DNA of 62,184 nt, taken from positions 33,748-95,931 of the forward strand of contig NW_008246130.1 of NCBI RefSeq assembly GCF_000281045.1, written 5' to 3'. A program made the translations under genes and the position numbers. This stretch comes from Saprolegnia diclina VS20 (taxonomy: Eukaryota). The notes beneath the pieces are model-generated. The model saw nothing but the letters and a program-made list of their open reading frames with translations. It did no database searches and was not told the origin of the DNA. Of the stretch, positions 37,153-47,173 are shown piece by piece. Each line of letters opens with the position of its first letter. Position 1 is the first letter of the stretch.

Positions 37153-38837
37153 ATGCAAGCAGCGCGCCTCAACCACCAGCACCGAGACGTCCGTCGCGCC
37201 CCCTTTGCCATTGGCGCATTGCGCCGCTACATCGCCAACAACCGGGTGCGCAACGCCGCGATCGAGCTCAACAAAGTCATCGACACTCCAAACAACGGCT
37301 TCCACGACGCCTTGGTACGCCAGCATTGACTTGACCACGGCATATGCTCATGCTTCATCGTAGATTCGTGAAATCTACGGCAACGGAGGCCAACTGCGCC
37401 ACTCGATCCTGTTTATGATCCTGCGCCACCCATTGACCAAGGAGCTGCTCAACCACCCGGTCATGCGCGAAGTTGAGAACATCAAGTGGCAGGTACGTCC
37501 TTTCGTTTGTCCGACGCGCAGAGATGCACAATGTCTTGTAGAACTTTGCGTGCTGCATGTACATGCAGCAACTCATGCTCTACCTTTTGCTGCTGACGAC
37601 GCTGACGCTTTCCGTGACGATGGACCTCGGCGACGGCGAGTCGCCCATCTTCCACACACAGCTGCTCGTTTGGCTCAACGTCGGCGTCGCCCTTGTGCTT
37701 GGGCTTGTCGCGACCAACTTTTTCCACTACGCGAACCGCAAGCTCTGGGCCGTCAAGACCATCGGCGTCAACGGTCTTGTGCTCATTGCGCTCAATTTGT
37801 GCGCTGATTCGATCGCTGGCCATGTCAACTGGACGTGGTTCGTGCGCTGCAACAACGTCGTGCTGACGCCCACGGCGCTCTTCTTCATCCGCTTCGAGAT
37901 CCTCGAGCTCTTCGGCGAAGTCAACGTCGACGCGAACCCGAGCTTTGTGCAGCAGCTCGAGGTCGCGGTCGAGGCCATCTGCGACTTCTTTCTCAACTTT
38001 GTCGGGCGGGCGAGATCGCACTACTTCGAGTCGTTCTTCAACAAGGTCCAGCTCCCGACCTTCGTCGCGATCCTTGTCTTTGTCATCACCGAGACCTTTT
38101 ACCCCTCCAGCGACGACGTCCGCTTGTACTTTGGCATCATCATCACCTTCGCCTCGTGGGCGCTCGGGATCCAGTACCTCGAGATCCACGGCACGGCTGG
38201 GTACCTCATCTCGCTCATGACGTTCATGCTCAAGGACGTCGTCAAGTTCATGGCCTTCTACCTCCCGTTCCAGTGCGCGTATGCGATTTCTTACTACCTC
38301 TTGTTTGAAGGCCGCGGCGTCGACGCCTACGCAACCATCGCCCACAGCTTTGTGACCACGTTCCTCGTCATGCTCGGCCAAATCGAACTCGAACCGTTCG
38401 AGAACCTCCCGGCGCCGGGCCCGTATGTACTGGGCTACACGCTCCTCCTGACGCACGCGACGCTTGTGATTGTCATGCTCCTCAACGTCCTCATTGCGAT
38501 GCTCAACAAGTCGATGGAAGAAATCATGGAGAAGGCCAAGCTCGAGGCGCGTGTAAGCTTCGCCGAGTGCATCCTCCGCAGTGAGAAGACCATTGGTCTC
38601 CGCCCGATGCCGGTGGTGCCCGTGGACGAAGTCATGCCGCTTGTCAACAACCATATGCTGCTCGAGATGGAGGCCGCCGCTGACGACGACGACATGTCGG
38701 ACGACGAGCCCGAGATCGACGACGAGACCCAAATCGCCGAGCTGCGCGCCATCGTCCTTGACGAACGTGCCCGCAACGACCGCCTCGAAGCCATGCTCCG
38801 CAGTCTCACGCAGCACTTTGATATCGTCGTGCAGTAA
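37153..38837 (+). CDS. TRP-like cation channel paralog 7, 3 exons
   Basis: MQAARL...ELNKV; ELLNHPVMREVENIKWQ; NFACCMYMQQ into the 426-aa ORF; TM region nearly identical to paralog 3. Confidence 0.85.
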
Positions 38838-38946
38838 ACATTGTTAATCCCATATCTTTTCCCTTTAAAATTGTACATTGCGAGGGAACATCCCGGTTGA
38901 GGAAAGGACAAAACAGTCTTATTGGTCATTTTCCAAACGGCCTCCG

Positions 38947-39115
38947 CCCCTTTTACGCACCTTTACGTACTTTTCCGTACCTTTACGCATTTTTACGTAC
39001 CTTTACGCCCCTTTTCGCCCCTTTTACGCACCTTTACGTACCTTTACGTACCTTTTACGTACCTTTACGTACCTTTTACGCCCCTTTTACGCCCCTTTTA
39101 CGTACCTTTTACGTG
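38947..39115. repeat. Minisatellite of about 16 units of CCTTT(T)ACGYM (10-11 bp)
   Basis: Tandem CCTTTACGTA / CCTTTTACGCC units read directly. Confidence 0.9.
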
Positions 39116-39331
39116 CAGCAATTGAAGTAAAAGGTATGACGTGCCACGTCGGAATGTGGAACAAATTGTAGTCTCTTGTCCTGGGCATGCTGACAAATAC
39201 TCCAACATTAGGTTTCCATACAGCGCCGATTGGTCGTGAAGCGGATATCTAAAGCTCCGTCGTTCATGGCGCCTCATAAAGTAGCGCAGGTAGTACGACG
39301 ACGACTCAAATGTAGTGCATAGAGGCAGAAG

Positions 39332-41138
39332 TTACGACGATCCCACGACGTTGGTGAGCAGTTGGTCGCAGACGCCGTCTAACGTGAGCGTTTTGGCATG
39401 AATTCGCGCCGTGAGGGTGTCTTCCGTCGCTCGCATCGCGTCCAGTGCGCGAAGCAAGCGCTGCATGTGGTGGTCCATTTCCTCTTCAAAGCTTGTCGCG
39501 AGCGACGGCTCACTCCGCGCAAATTGGTGCACTTTGGCCATGTACCTACGCACACGCGTTAGGACGCTCGCGCGAAGAAACCGTGTACGCGTAGAGGGTG
39601 AACGCGAGCGCCGTCGTGTCCTGGCCGGCGCGACGCTTGCGCGCGAGTCGAAACTGCGTCTGGATGAGCCCTGCGGCCGCGTGCCGGCGCGCCTTCTCCC
39701 AGCGCGTCTGGTCAATGATGTACTTGACGCGCGACTCATTCTCGGTGAGCGCGAGCGCCGCAAAGAAGATCGACTGCACGAGCGAGAGAATGAGGAGGCC
39801 GCCGAGGATGCCGCTGAACGCCATGAAGAACCGGCCGCAGTGCGTCGCAGGCACATAGTCCCCGTACCCGACCGACGTCTACGCGGCGCGGTCAGATGTA
39901 GCGTTGTGAAGTACGTACAATGGTGGCGATCGTGAGCCACACGGACGTCCAGTAGTTCATAAAGTAGGGCTGCGCCGGCCTAAGGCAAATGCAAAAGATG
40001 ACGCGTGTGCAAGGTGGAAGTGGGGACCGATCAACGTACACTTCCAAGATGCGGAGAATCGCGGCCGTAAGGAACGTCACAAAGAAGAGCAGCGGCAACT
40101 ACACGTCGATGTACTACGCGACCGTAAATCGACTAGGAAGAGTACCACAAGGCGCAGCGGCTTGGTGTTAAAGATGGCCTTAAAATGGAAGAACGGATCC
40201 ATGGTGTTGACGTTCTTGAGCGTGCCTACATGGCACATGTGAGGACTTTGATAGAGGTGCTCGTATGCAAAAGGAGGCACCGATGAACGAAGCCCACTGC
40301 GAGTAGAGCGGCGACGAGCTGCGCATGTACCGGCCAAAGAGGTACAAGCGAAGCACCATGAGCACGCCTACGACAGCAGGATGCGACGGATGCTCGGAAT
40401 CGCAAGCCTTGTGCGTACCAAAGGTGTCGTACGTGTACGTGTAGTCGAGGTAGCAGCCATCGTCGACGACGGTGACGTGGAGGTTCTTGGGGTGCGCACA
40501 CGTGTCCAAGCCCGTCGTCGAGTTAGCGTTGAGCGTGTAGCGAAACTGCATCATGGGCACGAGGCCGTGGATACCAGGCGGGACGTGAAACCCGCAGATG
40601 AGAAGCTCAAGAAGGAGCACGCGCCAGTACTCGCGCAGCATCGACGAGCGCGGCGGCAAGATGTTTTGCATCTTGTAGATGCTCGTGTGCGACTGATAGC
40701 GCTTGACGATCAAGAGAAGCAGCACAAAGGTCGTCACGGACGTGGCCACCTTGATCCGCTCGGCCGCCGGGGTCATGTCGACTTGGCGGCCCATGAGCAC
40801 TTCGTTCGTCGCGAGCATGAGCACAATGCCCACCATCGCGATGGCAAAGCTCCAGATCTCGTACAGCTGCCGATTGCGGTACTCCTACACCCAATATGTA
40901 AGCTCGGATCCGGCTCGCACCATGGCGATGGTACCCGCTTGAGGAGATGGATCGTCTCGAGGTGCTTGATCGTGTCGTTCTGCTGGAAGAGGTTGAGGAC
41001 GGCGGGAGCCTTGAGCTGCTCCATGTACGTCGACGACTTGGTCGGCGACGAGGGCTGGCGACCCATCGGCGACGGCCGACTGTCCACGGCGGCTGCCATC
41101 GTGGTCGGTTGTGAGACCGTTTTTGCTCCGCCTGGCAT
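39332..41138 (-). CDS. Small-conductance Ca2+-activated K+ channel (SK/KCNN-like), multi-exon
   Basis: AMVGIVLMLATNE; LLELLICGFHVPPG; LMVLRLYL.GR; pore WLTIA..TSVGYGDYVPATHCGR; CaM-binding-like HAAAGLIQTQFR; start could instead be the upstream ATG at 41207. Confidence 0.85.
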
Positions 41139-41569
41139 GTTATCCGGAGAGTCGCCGTATCCAGCAAGCGCAACACTAAACAAACGCAACTTGGCATTTC
41201 CCGCCATGGCGGACCGTGACGGCAACGCTCCGAGCGGCCGACTCCGCACCTACAACCACGGACCTACAACTGTACTGCCTGGTAGTTTGCGTGCTCCACA
41301 CCAGCGGAATGAGGTGTCCTTTTGCCCCATCATCTGCGTCTCTACCAAAGTGGGCTACAAGCTGTGCTCTACGTGGCGAGCCTTACGAGTGTGCTTGGCA
41401 GGCGAGTCGCCATACCTCGTCGCGTTACTACTGGGCACAGAAGCCTTGCTGGCCGTAGAATATGCTGCTTGCACGGCGCAAGCGCTCACATATTCGCGTT
41501 GATGGCCGAGTATTGAGCGGCCGCCAATGTCCTCTATAGTCTAGAAACACGCCACATTTCCATTTTGCC

Positions 41570-44465
41570 ATGGACGACGGACTCAGCCAGTACAAGAACG
41601 CGCTCGTGGCCTATTTTGAGCTGTACCCGGGCCCCGAGGTCGACGTGCAGCTTCTGCTCAGTCGCTGCCCGCAGTTCGCGACGCTCCTCGTGCAGAACCC
41701 GACGCTGTGCTCGCCCGTGCTCCAGGCCGCGTACGGCCAACCGGCGCCGCTCCAGCTCATCCACGTACCTCCGTGCTTAAAGAAGCGCGTGAGCGCGCTC
41801 CGGAGCAAGGAACTTGTGGGCCTCATGGGCATCGAGGGCACCGTCGTGCGCATTGGCCACGTGCGCATGCTCGAGAAGGTCCGGCAGTACGAGTGCGCCA
41901 AGTGCCACACGACGTGGGAAGTCTACTCCAAGCCCGAAGAGCAAAACAAAATGACGCTGCCAGTACGCTGTCGACTTAGCGCTTCCTCCCCTCATGCGCG
42001 CTAGAGAGCGTGCGTGGCCCGGGGCCAGTGCAAGTCGACCAACATCCAAGAGCTCAAGAGCAACAAGGTCTGCTGCGACTACCAGGTACGACGACGATAT
42101 CATCCAGCAATTTTTATAGTTGATGCCAATAGCACATTAAGCTCCAAGAGCAAGTCTCCAAGCTAGGCATGGGGTCGATCCCGCGCTCCATCATGGTCAT
42201 CCTTGAAGGTAGAATACGATATTCTCTAAGCCTCAACCAAGCCTCTTAGGTCCGCTCGTCGACAGCGTCAAGGCAGGCGACGACGTTGTCGTTGTCGGGA
42301 CGCTCCTCAAATGCTGGAAACCGTGCATCAAAGACGTGCGCTGCGAGCTGGTGGGTTCGATTCCGCCGAGTTCAAGTCCGTCACTGGCCATTTGACAGGA
42401 AACGATGATCCAAGCCAGCAGCATTCGACTGAAGAGTGCGAGTGGCACGACGCGCGCGCTCGTGACCGACGACGTCCGGCGCGAATTCGACCTTTTTTGG
42501 CAAACGCACGCCGCCAACCCGCTTTTGGGCCGCAACTTGATTCTCGCGAGTATTTGTCCCAAAGTCTACGGCATGTTCATTGTACGTAGGGATATATCGT
42601 GCGGTATGGAGTATCATTACTTTTGTATCAACTAGGTCAAGCTCGCGGTCGCGCTCACCGTCATTGGCGGCTGCTCGTACATGGACGACACGGGCATGAA
42701 GACGCGGGGCGACTCGCACATGCTTCTCATTGGCGATCCTGGCACAGGTAGAGAGACGTCTCTGAGTGAAGAAAGCACGTGACATCAAAGACCAGGCAAG
42801 TCGCAGTTTTTGCGCTTCACGGCCGAGCTCAGTCCTCGCTCGGTGCTGACGACGGGCATCGGCACCACGAGGTATGCGCAGTGGCACGATGTCATACCTC
42901 ACGCAACTCTTAGCGCCGGGCTCACGTGCACGGCCGTCAAGGACGGCGGCGAGTGGATGCTCGAGGCTGGCGCGCTCGTCTTGGCCGACCGGTACTTCAC
43001 TTTTGTTTGCCGTTTTGGGAAGCGACATTTGTGGGGTTAGGGGTGTTTGCTGCATTGATGAGTTTAGCAGCATCACGACCCATGACCGCGCGTCGATCCA
43101 CGAAGCCATGGAGCAGCAGACGCTGAGCGTTGCGAAAGCCGGTCTTGTGTGTACGCTCAACACGCGCACGACAGTCTTTGCTGTGACCAACCCCAAGGGC
43201 CGGTATTATATTGTACAAACTGTCAGTGCAACTATAATGAACTGTAGGTACGACCCGAACGCTGATGTGTCGGTCAACACGGCAATCGCGAGTCCCTTGT
43301 TAAGGTGCGTCGCTCTATATTGTCCTCGCAACGGAAGACAATATTGTCTGTAGCCGATTTGACATCATTTTGGTCCTTCTGGACACGGTGCAGCGCGACG
43401 TACGATGGTTGCATGGGACCGCACTCTACTGGAATTCGTAGTGGGATCGCCGCGTCTCGTCCTTCATTCTGAACCAAGCGTCGACCGAAGAGGCAACGCC
43501 CGACGACGAAGAGACCTTGGCCATGAGTAGCTCGAATATCATGCTTGCGACATCACCCACGCGCCATGTAGAAGAGGAGGCCGACGAAGAAGAAGCGATG
43601 CGTCCGCGCAAGCACCTCTGGTCTGTGGCCAAAATCCAAGCCTACATTTGCTACGTCAAAGTACGTTGTCCAAATTTGCTTTGAAAAAGATGAGATCTCA
43701 TAGGAAATATATCAACCGCGGCTCACGCGCGAGTCCATGACGGTGCTACAGCGCTACTACCAGATGCAGGTGACAGTCGTTGCATTGCACCACGACAGAC
43801 TCATCACGCGACTGCGTAGCGATCGTCCGACATGCGCAACGCCGCCCGCACGACGATTCGGCTCTTGGAAAGTTTGACCCGCATTTCCCAGGTCGCTTCC
43901 TTTTGCAAGGATCATTTGGGCTCATTGACACCTCCTAGGCTCACGCCAAGCTCATGTGCCGTGATGAAGTGACCGTGCAGGTTGACGTTTGTGTGGGACA
44001 TACATCGATGATTGGTGGGGTAGGACGCCATCATGGCCGTGTACGTCACGGAAACCTCCAAGTCGGCCGACTCGATGTTTGGGTACGAGTCGGTACTCCA
44101 CAAGAACTTTGCGCTGGACCCGCTCGAAGAGTACTACCAGATCGAGCACTGCATCTTGAGCCACTTGACGCTGCTCGAGTTTTGCTCCAAGACGCCGCCT
44201 CCCGAGTCGCACGACTTTGGTGGCGATGGCGACCTGTACGAGGGCGACGATGCGTACGAAGACGAAGAAGAAGTCAAGGTGCCCGACGTGCCCGTGGTCA
44301 AAAGTCCGATTCCCAGACCGCCAGGCACGGGGCGGAGCCCAAGCCAAGCAGCGAATCGGTGGAGCCAAGCGATCGAAGCGCGACGAAGCCAGGTCCAATC
44401 ATCCCCGTGGATCGAATTGGTTTTATCTCTTCTCGTAGAAGCGACGACGCGACAGTAGCTCCTAG
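41570..44465 (+). CDS. MCM9: DNA helicase MCM9, about 16 introns
   Basis: [73 protein letters not shown]; Zn finger [13 protein letters not shown]. Confidence 0.88.
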
Positions 44466-45371
44466 GCTATGATATTTTAGAGAACAACAACGTGATCTAT
44501 CGTGTGCAAGCTGATGGGGCTAGGTGTTTCAGTGAATTATTCGTTCGGCCAGGTCGACACTTTTCCGCGTAACGCTACCGAATCTGAGCGGACAACTTTG
44601 TACAACTCACTCTCTTAGAGATTTGAGTGACGCACCGCTTGGCTTAAGGCATAACCTGGACTATGGTGCGTCAACAACGTTTTTGCAATCCTGCCGAGCC
44701 ATGACGCCCTACTATTGGTCACATTTATCTTATTTTTAACCAATCCGATGTCGTGAAATGCCTGGGTCGCCGTTGAGCCCGATGTTGAGCGGCTGAATCG
44801 CCCCGATCGCGGTCGAAAATGAAATCGCTTCAACTCGGCTCACAGATAGAAGACGTGTTGTAGAGTACAAGAAGCGATGTCTCGTCGGCGGGTGAGGTCT
44901 ATAACAAGAGCAATCGACCACCTTGTTAATTGTGGCGCATGCCAAACATAGTCACATATAAGAGCGGGCCATGTCACGTAGTTGCAAAAGCAGCAGCCAG
45001 TGCTTTCAAATCGATACGAATAGGGCTGTAGTAATGAACATGCCGTCCATGCAAAAGCCACCGTGTCTTGTACTGTGATCTCGCGTATAATTTCCAAGTA
45101 TACTTGCCGTCATATCGGATCGGCCGGGTACGACTGCCTGCAGGAAATGCGATACCGCGGTTGCTCCTCCGCCACTGACCAGTACCTCTCAAATACGTGG
45201 TGCGCTTTGGTAGTCTAGAGACTCTATGGACGTGGCCGAGTAAGTATCAACCTTTCAGCCAGCAGTGCGGTGTCGAAATCGTTTGGCGCCATGTTGGCTT
45301 GGATCGAAATACCGGGCGTGGATTGGCTGGTCTAAATATAGAACCTTCAACGCCCAATCACCATCGAGCCC

Positions 45372-46118
45372 ATGAGTCTGCTGAACCATTGCGGTCATTC
45401 TATCTTCGTCATGTCTGCTGCGTCCCGCGGATCGCGCGTGCACCACATTCGCCGGACGCCGAGCCCCTTCTTCACGACGTCATCTGGCATCGTCGGCATC
45501 AATTTGCACGAGCCAACCGAGTTTGTTGCACCCAAGCTCGACGACATGCCAGTAGCAACGGAAAACAACCAGTCGGAGGAAGCCAAGCTCGTCAAGTTCA
45601 TGTACCAGACATCGTCGAGTGCGTTTGGCGACGGCGTCGAGCGCAGAGACAACCCCATGAGCCAGCGCATGGACAAACTGACCTTGAAGAAAGGTCTACC
45701 ACCCCAAAGATCGCAGAATCGACCTCACGAAATGCCTAGAAATCGAGCAAAGCGGGCTTGTCAAAATCAAAAAGGTCGACGTGATCTCACCCAGCGCCGT
45801 CTTGGCCCAAGCCCGCGCCGAGTTGTTTCCGGAGGAGCTCAGTGCCAATGCCATGGACCTCCGACCGATTGCGGCCGCGCGCAACGAGCACTGCATGTAC
45901 ACGACGAGGTACGACGAGGACTTGGGACCCACGAGGCTCATATGGATGACAGCAACCGCGTCATTGGCGAAGAGAAAGGCGCGATCCAAGTCAACAACGA
46001 GCGCATCGTCAAGCCCGGGACGTTTACGACGTCGTTCAACGGCTTTCGGTACCGCGATTACGGCCTGAACACCGCCGTGACCAAATCAAAGATTTGCGAC
46101 CAACTGGACTATTCCTAA
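45372..46118 (+). CDS. Pierce1/2 (FAP182, DUF4490)-like ciliary microtubule inner protein, 3 exons
   Basis: Spliced C-terminus MYTT/SNRVIG...FTTSFNGFRYRDYGLNTAVTKSKI resembles the Pierce pattern Y.TSN..YG...F....GM.R...LNT....S; start could be 45411. Confidence 0.55.
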   Translation: MSLLNHCGHSIFVMSAASRGSRVHHIRRTPSPFFTTSSGIVGINLHEPTEFVAPKLDDMPVATENNQSEEAKLVKFMYQTSSSAFGDGVERRDNPMSQRMDKLTLKKGLPPQRSQNRPHEMPRNRAKRACQNQKGRRDLTQRRLGPSPRRVVSGGAQCQCHGPPTDCGRAQRALHVHDEVRRGLGTHEAHMDDSNRVIGEEKGAIQVNNERIVKPGTFTTSFNGFRYRDYGLNTAVTKSKICDQLDYS

Positions 46119-47173
46119 AGAGGAAATATGTGTTTTTTTATGCTTCAGCCCGAATCGTCTGACGTTGAACCGAGCCTGTCGGGCCACCTCGACGACGGAC
46201 GACGCGCGAGGTCGTCAGGCCTCTTGATTGCCCCGTGTTGCTCGTTCAAGCGCCCAGGGTCCGTGGCCGACGAGCCACTCGTATTATGGTACAGTTTAGC
46301 TATCCTTGCCGGCGCATCGTTTCTCCGAGCTCTATTCGTCAACGTCACTCCGAGCTTGTCAGTGGATCAACATCACAGACCCCAGGTATTCGCATGTGAC
46401 TTCTGCCTTCGTTGCACCGCGAACAGCCCTAAAGCATCTCCTCCATCCCAATCTTGGAGCTCAAGGCTTGCGGCTAAGAGCTGAGGCAAGTCCAGCAAGC
46501 CTCTCTGGAAAACCTCGGTGGTTTCGATTGCGTGCGCACACTTCAACCGCAGACATTGTCCCACTGAATAGTCGCGATCGTGGATACCGGTATGTTCATC
46601 TATCCATTCCTCCGCAGCAGGTATCTATCTACCTATCCACGCTATTTCGAGTGCCGATGCAAAGGTTCCGATGCGATGCGAAACCTGCGGCGGCGGTTGG
46701 CGCTCGAAATAGCTAACGTTTCGGAAAATCCCGTGAAAACGTGCGTAAAATACGGAAAAATGCGGGGCCATGCCGCATCGCCGCGCTGGATTCCATAGAC
46801 CATCGACCGTGTCGCGGCATGACGTGTCGCACTCCTGCACTGGTGGCGCACAGCGGTCGCAGGTTCAAGAATGCACCGGAGTTCAGTTGCCACAACGGGT
46901 CAAATTCCGCGCTTCGCCTTTCCAGGTCGCTGATTGGCTGAAATCCATTCGTGGCTGGCCGGCACCGCCGCCGAAAGCACTTGCCTTCAGTATGCGGGCC
47001 ATTTTTGTAACCGTAAACCGATGCGGCATCGGGCACCATCTGATTGGTGGCCGTCTGTTTCAAACCGTTTTACATGTTTAAAACACTCCGAAGGATCGCG
47101 CTGTTTTAAACGTGGGGCCGGCAGTCGAGCCCGCTACTTGTGAAAAGGTTCGGTCCCGCTCAAGTCAACCCGC

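Noticed and set aside
38878..39171. ORFs with (F/L)YAP/LRTF repeats; possible CRISPR or telomere array
   Set aside because: Translation of a minisatellite; no spacers; unit is not TTAGGG/TTTAGGG
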